A stretch of 37,390 nucleotides of DNA from an uncultured Rhodospirillaceae bacterium. Lineage in GTDB: Bacteria > Pseudomonadota > Alphaproteobacteria > UBA9219. The notes beneath the pieces were generated by a model. That model had not been told where the DNA came from and ran no database searches. It saw only the letters and a list, made by a program, of their open reading frames with translations. Of the stretch, positions 27,529-35,303 are shown piece by piece. Position numbers and translations under genes: made by a program. The stretch spans positions 1 through 37,390 of the forward strand of contig CAZLIG010000001.1 of NCBI GenBank assembly GCA_964559415.1, given 5' to 3'. Within the stretch, counting starts at the first letter, position 1. Every line of letters starts with the position of its first letter.

Positions 27529-29037
27529 TCAATAGTTTTGCTGATGGACGTAAGGCAAGTTGCCGGTGCGTCCAGAGGTGAGGCGGCCGCTATTATACCC
27601 ATTATTCATCCCGGTATAAGGCCCATTTTGATAGGAACCCCCCGACGCGCCGCCACTATAATCGGCTTCGCCCGGAGCATAGTTGACATTATACCCTTGC
27701 CCCGACATATCGGCAGCCGACTGAGCCACCGACTTTGGATCTCTCACGGCGGTCAGAAAGAACATTCCAAAAGGCGTGCCCGGCGCGACGCGGACCAACG
27801 GCTTGGTCAAGTTCGCCTGCTGTTGGAAAAACTGGCCGACGGTGTTGGCGGCCTGCCCCATGCCAGAATACATGCCTTGTTTGAACCCGGATTCGGCCTG
27901 TGTCGTAATGGTAACCGAGCCGTTTGTGGTGATGGAGGTCCCGCCTTGGCCCATCGCCTGCCCAACGCCTTGGATAAAGGAGGCTGCGGCGGGGAGAACA
28001 ACCCGAGAGAAATAACGTTCATCCACTTCAGTCGCCATGCCGCCAAGCGTGGTCTCCGGATCAAGCGCAATGGCGTTGATGGGATAATCCTTTCCGTTTC
28101 GGTCCGCCAAAGAGAATTTCATAACCAGATATTTCTCATACCCATCGGCAACTTGAAACGCCCCAATAGCGCGTGCACCGGTAAGCGGGCCGGAAACGAT
28201 CTGGGCGAGGATTGGACCGGGGACGTCCGAATTAGCTTCCGACAAAAGCTGCGCATAGCTAACGGTTCCCGCAGGTACGATGGGTTTCTGTTCTTCCGCC
28301 ACAGGGCTTCCGCCTGCGCCGGTCGCGCCGGATGGAATGTCTCCGCCGCCGCCGATGATTCCGTCGCCCCCGCCCCCGCCACGCCCTGCGGCGCCTTTAT
28401 CGTCCTTGGTGGATACGGTAACGGCCTTCATCCCTGTAGCCTGCCAGCTCGACATCAACTGGGTAAGCTGCTTTTGCATGGCCTCGGCAAGCGAGTTGTC
28501 AAAGCCGTCGCCGCGCCGCTGCTGCACGGCCTGCTGCTGTTGCTGCTGCATCTGCCGCCGCAGCTGGTCGGTCTCGGCGCGAAGCTCCTTCATAGGATCG
28601 GCTTCTTTTCCGAGTGAGTTGTTGTTCGAGACTTCGCTCGCTTGGCCGATGGGCGTGGGAATAGCGCTTCCATTCGTATCAAGGGCGCGCTGAATGCGTT
28701 CATTGTTGGCAAGTTCGGTTTGCTGACGATGATAGGGCGATGCCGCACCGCCCGGCGCTTCCTTGATAGCGGGCGGGCGCGCGAGATGCGCAACTTCCTT
28801 GCTCGTATCGTTGTGGCCGAAGAATTTAATGGCCGCCGCGCCAACGGCGAAAACGCCGACCACCAGCGCGGTAAACTTGAACAACGGATTCGTATGCCAT
28901 GCCTCGGCAATATTGCCGATAGCGCCGCTTTTCGAGGACGACTCGTCCCCCGGACCCATTTCTTCGATTTCCGAAAACTCGTTCTCGTTGTTGTTCTCGC
29001 TGTTATCGCCGTTTTCGTTTTCGAAATTAGTTGTCAT
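27529..29037 (-). CDS. DotG/IcmE-like protein (VirB10/TrbI-domain T4SS core component)
   Basis: N-terminal cytoplasmic acidic tail and one TM helix (FKFTALVVGVFAVGAAAIKFF). The C-terminal VirB10/TrbI-type domain reads PAGTVSYAQLLSEANSDVPGPILAQIVSGPLTGARAIGAF ... INAIALDPETTLGGMATEVDERYFSRVVLPAAASFIQG ... VRVAPGTPFGMFF. The start overlaps the upstream gene's stop by 11 nt. Confidence 0.8.
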   Translation of the reverse strand: MTTNFENENGDNSENNNENEFSEIEEMGPGDESSSKSGAIGNIAEAWHTNPLFKFTALVVGVFAVGAAAIKFFGHNDTSKEVAHLARPPAIKEAPGGAASPYHRQQTELANNERIQRALDTNGSAIPTPIGQASEVSNNNSLGKEADPMKELRAETDQLRRQMQQQQQQAVQQRRGDGFDNSLAEAMQKQLTQLMSSWQATGMKAVTVSTKDDKGAAGRGGGGGDGIIGGGGDIPSGATGAGGSPVAEEQKPIVPAGTVSYAQLLSEANSDVPGPILAQIVSGPLTGARAIGAFQVADGYEKYLVMKFSLADRNGKDYPINAIALDPETTLGGMATEVDERYFSRVVLPAAASFIQGVGQAMGQGGTSITTNGSVTITTQAESGFKQGMYSGMGQAANTVGQFFQQQANLTKPLVRVAPGTPFGMFFLTAVRDPKSVAQSAADMSGQGYNVNYAPGEADYSGGASGGSYQNGPYTGMNNGYNSGRLTSGRTGNLPYVHQQNY

Positions 29038-30295
29038 GTTCTTCTTCCCGCAAAATTTGAGCGCGAACGAGAGCGCCGTTGTCCGACAGCAACAGAACGG
29101 GCGCAGAGCCTACTTCATAAACGGAAGTGCCGTCCGGAGACACCATGCTCGCATTCCATGCCGGCGAGAGCAGCGTGAGCGGTGTGCGTAAATAGACCTT
29201 CTCGCCGATAGCCCAAGCTTTGGTGCGAGCGTCGAGCCCGCCTACCTTGATGCGCTTGGCGCCGGCAGGTGGCGTGGTTTCAAGAAACTGGGCTAGCGTG
29301 CCGTCACCGGCCTCGGGCCGCGAGGCGCGGTCGACGAGTTGAGGCTTGGCTTGAGGCCCGGATTTATCGATGCGAGCGTCATACCGCAAATCAACGGTCG
29401 GGCCGCCGGAAGAGAGCTTGAAAATGACGGGCGTAGCAAGATTTTTGAGCATCACCGAAAGGTTACCCACGCCAACGCGCGTCAAAGGCATGATGCGAAC
29501 AACGTGCGATCCGGCTTGAGTGGAAGAGACTTCGAAATTCCCGCCGATGCCGACATCGAGAATGGGCCAAGGTTCGCCGGTTGAATCCACAATGGTAACG
29601 GTGGTGACAAAACCCGCATTCAGATTGATCTGCGGCGGCGTAACGCCCGGATCAAGGGACACGGGAATCAGCCGCGTGATCCCTTTGGGCGTACCTTCAT
29701 AAGGGGGCTGCGCTGCGTGTTGAGTCTGTTCCAGCCTCTTCATAAAGTCGCGGATCTGATCCGGCGACAAAGGAAGAAGGCCGCTCGACGCCCTCTGGAA
29801 CGATTTAGCGTTATAGTCGCGTTCCTTTTTCAAAGAATCTACATCCGCATCGACTTGCGCCTGAAGAGCGGCGGCCGTGGCTTGTTCGGCAAGCTTCGTA
29901 GGGTCGTTTGAGAACGCTGAAGCAGGAGGAGGCGCGAGGATCTCGATACCCGAAGAACTCGGAACAATCTTTTTCTGTGCCGTATTTTGGGCGACAGTTG
30001 TGGGCAACGAAGGTTCAGGCACCGATACTCCCGATGTGGAGACGGGCCGCATGGGATAGGTGTCGGCTGCATAGCCTTGAGCAGGCGGCGCGCTGGGCGT
30101 AATCGCGCCTGCGGAAGCAGCATCGTTGGATGAATTCGGGATGGCAACGCCCGAAGGGGCGCCAAAGGCAAAAGAGCAAGTCCCTGAAAAAGCGAGCAAC
30201 GCGCTTGCCGTTAGCAGGAAGAATTTCCTCCGTCTTTCGAGGAGGTGAAGCGGCGGGTGCAGCAAAGGACATCTCCGGAGCAAAAGCTCTATCAA
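29027..30295 (-). CDS. DotH/IcmK-like (IncI TraN-like) T4BSS outer-membrane core component
   Basis: Signal-peptide-like N-terminus (RRRKFFLLTASALLAFSGTCSFAFGAP). A central conserved block matches the IcmK/DotH core from memory: LPLSPDQIRDFMKRLEQTQHAAQPPYEGTPKGITRLIPVSLDPGVTPPQINLNAGFVTTVTIVDSTGEPWPI ... GNLSVMLKNLATPVIFKLSSGGPTVDLRYDARI. The frame has no ATG start; the track start at 30295 is TTG. A TTG at 30265 preceded by GGAGA at a 6-nt spacing is the more likely start. Confidence 0.75.
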   Translation of the reverse strand: MIELLLRRCPLLHPPLHLLERRRKFFLLTASALLAFSGTCSFAFGAPSGVAIPNSSNDAASAGAITPSAPPAQGYAADTYPMRPVSTSGVSVPEPSLPTTVAQNTAQKKIVPSSSGIEILAPPPASAFSNDPTKLAEQATAAALQAQVDADVDSLKKERDYNAKSFQRASSGLLPLSPDQIRDFMKRLEQTQHAAQPPYEGTPKGITRLIPVSLDPGVTPPQINLNAGFVTTVTIVDSTGEPWPILDVGIGGNFEVSSTQAGSHVVRIMPLTRVGVGNLSVMLKNLATPVIFKLSSGGPTVDLRYDARIDKSGPQAKPQLVDRASRPEAGDGTLAQFLETTPPAGAKRIKVGGLDARTKAWAIGEKVYLRTPLTLLSPAWNASMVSPDGTSVYEVGSAPVLLLSDNGALVRAQILREEEHDN

Positions 30296-30339
30296 TAGAA
30301 TCTTCTTGTTTGACCACAGGAAAGTTAATAGTACGTTTA

Positions 30340-30369
30340 CTTATACAGTCCGTTTATTCCCTAATTCAA
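30340..30369 (-). promoter_or_regulatory. candidate sigma-70 promoter of the dotH-like operon
   Basis: The minus strand reads TTGAAT-18 nt-TATAAG. It lies about 45-75 nt upstream of the candidate start codons, in the 147-bp divergent intergenic region. Confidence 0.35.
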
Positions 30370-30442
30370 GCCCTTCCGAAACACAAAAAATCACTCTCCC
30401 ACAATAATAGTTCGGCCTTCGAAATTAACCAAGAGGAATGAA

Positions 30443-30844
30443 ATGCCAAACCTTCACGTGGTCCTTCTTTACGCTGGAATATTGGGGCTTTTTTTAATGG
30501 TTCTCTCGTTCAATATGTTGAGAGCCTGGCGTCAGGACAAAGGGGCAAGGGGGGGAAATCGAGAGCTTTTGCGAGCCGAGGCCTTGGTCTCGAGCTTCGG
30601 GGAGTATGTGCCGCTGGCCCTGATACTGCTTGCCGTGGGGGAAATGGCTGGCATGCCCCCGGAGGCTTTGCACCTGCTTGGATCTGGCCTTGTCGCGGCA
30701 AGACTCATGCACGCGTTCGGCTCCAACTATACGTGGAGTTCGGACTTTCTCAGATTTGCTGGCGCGCAACTGACGTATCTCGTCATCAGCATCGCAAGTT
30801 TTTCCTGCCTGATGTTTTACGTAGTGCCGAGTATGCCCCGATAA
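30443..30844 (+). CDS. MAPEG-family inner-membrane protein (YecN-like)
   Basis: 133 aa, aligning by eye with E. coli YecN (LRAW..G..GG..ELLRA.....FGEYVPLALILLAVGEM.G ... AARLMHAFG). AAGAGGA Shine-Dalgarno before the ATG. Confidence 0.8.
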   Translation: MPNLHVVLLYAGILGLFLMVLSFNMLRAWRQDKGARGGNRELLRAEALVSSFGEYVPLALILLAVGEMAGMPPEALHLLGSGLVAARLMHAFGSNYTWSSDFLRFAGAQLTYLVISIASFSCLMFYVVPSMPR

Positions 30845-32359
30845 CTAATCCCGCTTAATCGGATCGAAAATCTCGGGCTCCGTTGCAGGGCTTGTCTCCT
30901 TGCCTTCGTCGAAATGCGCGGTTCTAAGAAGCCGCAGCAACAATTCGACGTCTTCCCTAAACGAAGCGTCATAGGCCGAAAGCTCTTCGATTTTGCGCAC
31001 GGCGTGAATAACCGTTGTATGATCGCGCCCCCCAAACTTGCGCCCGATCTCCGGAAGGCTGCGCGGCGTCAATTGCTTGGCTAGATACATCGCGACTTGC
31101 CTCGGTCTAGCGACAGCCCGCGACCGCCGGGCGGAATGCATATCCGCGACTCGAACGTTGTAATGCTCCGCGACCTTCTTCTGAATCTCGTCAATCGTTA
31201 CGCGGCGTTCCGAGGCGCGCAACATATCGGAAAGAACTTCTTGCGTCATCTCAAGGGAGATTGTGCGACCAACGAGTTGGGCATGAGCAACAATCCTGTT
31301 AAGGGCCCCCTCAAGTTCGCGCACGTTCGACGCGATCTTATGAGCGAGGAACTCCATAACCTTGTCCGGCACCGGGCAACCAAGCTTCTCTGCTTTCGCG
31401 TGAAGAATCCCCAATCGCAATTCGTAGCTAACAGGATGCAAGTCGGCCACCAAGCCCCAGCCCAGTCTCGACCTCAACCGCTCTTCCATGCGATCAAGGT
31501 CTTGGGGTGACTTGTCCGCAGATATAATGACCTGCCGGTTGCGATCTACCAAGGCATTGAAAGTATGAAAGAACTCTTCCTGCGTGGAATCTTTGCCGCT
31601 GATGAACTGCACATCGTCGATCATCAAAACATCAACAGAACGGAATTGTTCCTTAAACGAAACGGTATCCCTGAAGCGGAGGGCACGTACGAATTGGTAC
31701 ATAAACTTCTCCGCCGACATATAGATGACGCGTCGATGCGGGTAATTTTTGCGGATATGCCACGCTATCGAGTGCATTAAATGCGTTTTACCCAAACCAA
31801 CGCCGCCATAAAGGAAAAGCGGATTAAAAGCCGGATTCTCCGTATCTGCGACGCGCCGGGAGGCGGCATAAGCCAACTCGTTTGATTTTCCAACGACGAA
31901 ATTGTCGAATGTGAACCGGGAATCAAGATCCGCTGACAGATCCCCAATAAAGCTCTCCGGGGCTGAAGAAGCAGGGGGCAGAGGCCGACCTATAGGCGCC
32001 AACGGCGTTACGGCAGCGGCGTCAATGGCCGTTTTGGCCTGTGCGGCCTTCGAGAGTGGAGATAACACAGAAAATGTAACAGCTCCCTGAGGCACGATTT
32101 CCTGCCACATGGAAAGAATGGCTTCGCCGTAATGAGCCTCGACCCAATCGCGCATAAAGCGCGTGGGGAGTACGAGCGCGGCGCAGTCCGAACCGGTCTT
32201 GCTGTCGTGAACGACCTCGCCCGTCATGGGCTCAAGCCATCTGCGAAAAGCGGTTTCACCAAAACGGATACGAAGAGAAGATCGAAGGCTACTAAAGGCC
32301 GCCTCGGGATTTTCGGAATCATCTTCCTTGGAAATCACGTTCGATAGAACCTTCATCAC
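30845..32359 (-). CDS. dnaA: chromosomal replication initiator protein DnaA
   Basis: AAA+ Walker A GGVGLGKTHL, Walker B VLMIDDVQF, the sensor block SNVRELEGAL and a C-terminal DNA-binding domain (GRKFGGRDHTTVIHAVRKI). Confidence 0.98.
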   Translation of the reverse strand: MMKVLSNVISKEDDSENPEAAFSSLRSSLRIRFGETAFRRWLEPMTGEVVHDSKTGSDCAALVLPTRFMRDWVEAHYGEAILSMWQEIVPQGAVTFSVLSPLSKAAQAKTAIDAAAVTPLAPIGRPLPPASSAPESFIGDLSADLDSRFTFDNFVVGKSNELAYAASRRVADTENPAFNPLFLYGGVGLGKTHLMHSIAWHIRKNYPHRRVIYMSAEKFMYQFVRALRFRDTVSFKEQFRSVDVLMIDDVQFISGKDSTQEEFFHTFNALVDRNRQVIISADKSPQDLDRMEERLRSRLGWGLVADLHPVSYELRLGILHAKAEKLGCPVPDKVMEFLAHKIASNVRELEGALNRIVAHAQLVGRTISLEMTQEVLSDMLRASERRVTIDEIQKKVAEHYNVRVADMHSARRSRAVARPRQVAMYLAKQLTPRSLPEIGRKFGGRDHTTVIHAVRKIEELSAYDASFREDVELLLRLLRTAHFDEGKETSPATEPEIFDPIKRD

Positions 32360-32584
32360 AACCCCGTAGGAAACACTCTGACAAAAAGAAACCGCGCACC
32401 CGAAGAAATCCTCCGGATAATCCAGACAGACTTGAATTAGGATGTAGAGCGAGCCAAGAAAGGAGAGGCGCCGTAGAGACGATAATCAGAAACGGGCTGT
32501 GATCTGTATCCGTTCATAGTTTCGATCCATGTCTACGAGACGCGCATCCAAAAGCGAGAGGACCATAGATCAAACCGCGCGCAC

Positions 32585-32593
32585 TTGTCCACA
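32585..32593 (+). promoter_or_regulatory. DnaA-box-like site (TTGTCCACA) in the dnaA upstream region
   Basis: One mismatch to TTATCCACA, about 225 nt upstream of the dnaA start. It is consistent with dnaA autoregulation. Confidence 0.4.
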
Positions 32594-32716
32594 GGTCCGA
32601 AGAGAGAACGCGCCAAAATTTTTTCACAGTTGGGAAAAATTTTTCTTGTCACTGAAAAAAACGCGAGAACAAAAAACGAAACGAAGATATTCACGATGTA
32701 AAGACAAAAAATGAAA

Positions 32717-32753
32717 TAAAAAAAATCGCCGCATCTAATTCTGATGCGGCGAT
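32717..32753 (-). terminator. rho-independent terminator of rpsT
   Basis: On the minus strand there is an 11-bp stem ATCGCCGCATC/GATGCGGCGAT with a 7-nt loop, followed by a run of T. It lies 25 nt downstream of the rpsT stop. Confidence 0.85.
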
Positions 32754-32778
32754 TGGTAAAGCCAAAAGAGGGAACTAA

Positions 32779-33045
32779 TTACGCTTTCTTGGCAGCCTTG
32801 GCGCGCTTCGCAAGACGAGACGTTTTGCGTGCAGCGGTTTTCCAATGCAGAGTCTTCCCTGCGCCCTTCGCAAGAGCGGATTCGGCTTTGCGCAAGGCGG
32901 TGATAGCAACCTTAACGTCACCCGAGGCGGCAGCGACTTCCGCCTCTTTGGACAAGGTGCGGATCGTCGAGCGCCGCGAACGATTGACTTCATTGCGCTT
33001 GACGGTCTGGCGTGCGCGCTTCTTAGCGGATTTGTGGTTGGCCAT
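32779..33045 (-). CDS. rpsT: 30S ribosomal protein S20
   Basis: 88 aa starting MANHKSAKKRARQTVKRNEVNRSRRS, a typical S20 N-terminus. Confidence 0.96.
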   Translation of the reverse strand: MANHKSAKKRARQTVKRNEVNRSRRSTIRTLSKEAEVAAASGDVKVAITALRKAESALAKGAGKTLHWKTAARKTSRLAKRAKAAKKA

Positions 33046-33312
33046 AATCTTTCCTAAATTTCGTTTGGAGTTAATGCATCGCCCGCAGTCCCGGAAGATC
33101 TATGCGTGCGAGAGAAAACTCATACGCAAGGGCGTTAAAACGGTCAAGCAAAATCAGTTAAATAGGCCACTTGTCGCGAAGCTTTGAGAAGGGCAGGGGC
33201 TTTGGTAAATTGGGTCTAGACCCTGAAGGAACAAGACTTTATGTTGAACTTGGCGAGACCGGGCGGTTCCTGATGAACCGCAGGCAAAATTCAGGGACAG
33301 AACGGCTTACTC

Positions 33313-33957
33313 ATGACGGATAACAATTTCTTGCAAGAGGTTCAGGAAGATTTCGAACGTAAACGGCTTGAAGCGCTTTGGAAAAAGTATGGCTTTTGGG
33401 TTGTCCTCGCTGCCGTTGGCATTGTGGTATCGACCGCCAGTTCGACAGCCTACCGGTCTTGGAAGATGGAGCATAACCGCAAGCTCACCCAGAAGCTTTT
33501 GGTGGCAAACACCGAAGCGCCCGAAATTTCAAAGAACATAAACCTGCTTGAGAACTTCGCCGAAGAATACAAAGGCTCAAGCCATGCGGCGCTTGCTTCT
33601 TTGCGCGCCGGCGCTTTGGCGCTTAACGAGCACGACAATGCCAAGGCGGCAGCCACCTTCGACAAGCTCGCAGCGGATGAAAAAGCCGATCGCACGCTTC
33701 GCGATTTGGCGACGTTGCTTTCTGTCCAGGCCCAGATGGACACAGGGAATCCCGAAGAGCTTTTCGCAAGATTGAAACCGTTGACTGCCGACGATGCGGC
33801 CTTCCGGTATTCCGCGCTCGAAGCGCAAGGCTACCTTTCGCTACGCAAGGGAGACAAGGCGGCGGCCCAAGCCATCTTCTCTCGGTTGTCGCAAGACACC
33901 CAAGCTCCGCGCAGCCTCGCGTCCCGCGCGACTGATGTTCTTCGTACTCTTAACTAG
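33313..33957 (+). CDS. YfgM-like membrane-anchored TPR-like protein
   Basis: 214 aa with an N-terminal anchor (YGFWVVLAAVGIVVSTA) and a helical Ala-rich domain. It lies immediately upstream of bamB-der, matching the yfgM-bamB-der arrangement known from E. coli. Confidence 0.6.
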   Translation: MTDNNFLQEVQEDFERKRLEALWKKYGFWVVLAAVGIVVSTASSTAYRSWKMEHNRKLTQKLLVANTEAPEISKNINLLENFAEEYKGSSHAALASLRAGALALNEHDNAKAAATFDKLAADEKADRTLRDLATLLSVQAQMDTGNPEELFARLKPLTADDAAFRYSALEAQGYLSLRKGDKAAAQAIFSRLSQDTQAPRSLASRATDVLRTLN

Positions 33958-33967
33958 GGTAAGGCTT

Positions 33968-35296
33968 ATGAACCGAAAAGCATTGAACCGCGCCGTTTTG
34001 CTTTCCGCAGCGGTGGCGCTTGCCGCGTGCGGCGGAACCAAAAACAAGATTGGCTCAACGGTCAAAGGCGAACGCATCGCCGTGATTGAGCAAACAAAGG
34101 CTATAGAGCCCGACAAAGAACTCGCAGCTTCAGTCAAGCCGACATTGCCGCGCGAAGTCGTGAACCTGTCATGGCCTCAGGCCGGATACGACAGCCAACA
34201 CGCGGTTCCGAATGCGCAAGCATCCGTTACCCCCGGCATTCTCTGGAAAGCTGACATCGGCGCGGGATCAAGTTCCGACTTCAAGCTTATCGCGCATCCT
34301 GTCGCGGCTCGGGGCTATGTTTTCACGATGGATGCCGAGGGCCGCGTCCGCAGCTTCGACGCCGAAACAGGGCAAAGAGTGTGGGAAACGGACACCACTC
34401 CCAAAGGCAGTGACGAACCCGCGATGGGCGGAGGCTTGGCAATCGACGGCGACACGCTTTATGCCACCACCGGTTTCGGCGATGTCTACGCGCTCGAAAT
34501 GAAAACCGGAAAAACGAAGTGGCAAAGATCGCTGCAAAAGCCGTTGCGCGCCGCACCCGCCGTCTTCGACAACCGCGTGTATGTCGTGAGCGTCGATAAC
34601 GATCTGAATGCGGTCGACGCCACCGATGGCCAGGTCCTTTGGCGCCAATCCGGCATCACCGAAAGTGCGGCCCTCATGGGCGCGGCAAGCCCGGCAGTGC
34701 AGGGCGACGTTGTTATTGTCGCTTATAACTCCGGCGAACTCTTCGGCCTGCGCACGCAGAATGGCCGTGTGTCTTGGAACTACACGCTCGCCGCCCCTGC
34801 GCAAGTGGGCGCTCTTCCCGCTATCGCGGATATTCGCGGTCTCCCGGTCATCGACCGAGGACAAGTCTTCGCCATAAGCCATAGCGGCCGCATCGCGGCG
34901 ATAGACCAGCGAACCGGAGAACGCATCTGGGAATCCGAAATCGGCGGCATCAACACCCCCGTCGTTGCGCGAGATACAGTGTTCATCTTTGGTAACGACA
35001 GCCAGTTGATTGCGCTTGACCGCAAAAGCGGACGCCCGATATGGGTCTCAAACTTGCAGAAAAACGAAGACCCTGCCGACAAAGCTTCGGACCGCGTCGT
35101 ATGGACAGGCCCGATCCTCGCGGGAGAAAAGCTCTGGATGGTAAACTCGATGGGAACGCTAACCAGCTTCTCGCCGGAGACCGGAGCGACGGAAACAAAA
35201 ATCGATCTTGGCAGGCCTGTATATCTCTCGCCAATAGTCGTCAACAAGACGTTTTACGTTGTGACCGACGACGGAAAACTGATCGCATTGCGGTAA
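33968..35296 (+). CDS. bamB: outer-membrane protein assembly factor BamB (PQQ-like beta-propeller lipoprotein)
   Basis: The start is taken at the ATG at 33968, giving MNRKALNRAVLLSAAVALAACGG, a signal peptide with a lipobox LAAC. Repeated propeller blades follow (e.g. VYVVSVDNDLNAVDATDGQVLW, GRIAAIDQRTGERIWE, QLIALDRKSGRPIW). The track's 33794 start overlaps the upstream gene. Confidence 0.86.
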   Translation: MNRKALNRAVLLSAAVALAACGGTKNKIGSTVKGERIAVIEQTKAIEPDKELAASVKPTLPREVVNLSWPQAGYDSQHAVPNAQASVTPGILWKADIGAGSSSDFKLIAHPVAARGYVFTMDAEGRVRSFDAETGQRVWETDTTPKGSDEPAMGGGLAIDGDTLYATTGFGDVYALEMKTGKTKWQRSLQKPLRAAPAVFDNRVYVVSVDNDLNAVDATDGQVLWRQSGITESAALMGAASPAVQGDVVIVAYNSGELFGLRTQNGRVSWNYTLAAPAQVGALPAIADIRGLPVIDRGQVFAISHSGRIAAIDQRTGERIWESEIGGINTPVVARDTVFIFGNDSQLIALDRKSGRPIWVSNLQKNEDPADKASDRVVWTGPILAGEKLWMVNSMGTLTSFSPETGATETKIDLGRPVYLSPIVVNKTFYVVTDDGKLIALR

Positions 35297-35303
35297 ATAT
35301 ATA

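Noticed and set aside
27538-28617. 359-aa plus-strand ORF opposite the dotG-like gene
   Set aside because: The minus-strand frame carries a clear VirB10/TrbI domain and a TM helix. The plus-strand product is Arg/Gly/His-rich with no motif, so it is most likely a shadow ORF caused by the GC-rich Gly/Pro/Ala codons on the other strand.
32360-32778. The dnaA-rpsT intergenic region (419 bp, A-tract rich at 32610-32725) as an alternative oriC
   Set aside because: It has only one good DnaA-box-like site (TTGTCCACA at 32585-32593). Much of the A/T richness is explained by the rpsT terminator tail and the dnaA promoter and leader. Alphaproteobacterial origins are typically not at dnaA, and the 6.9-7.56 kb region has more boxes plus the orientation switch. 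I cannot fully exclude it without GC-skew data.
33794-33967. N-terminal extension of the bamB ORF; similar extended track starts occur for mnmG (3250), rho (6895), etfB (19841) and the GGDEF gene (4074)
   Set aside because: The extensions overlap upstream genes or add non-conserved Arg-rich residues ahead of the canonical N-termini (lipoprotein signal peptide, FAD fold, and so on). Internal ATG codons with better context were chosen.
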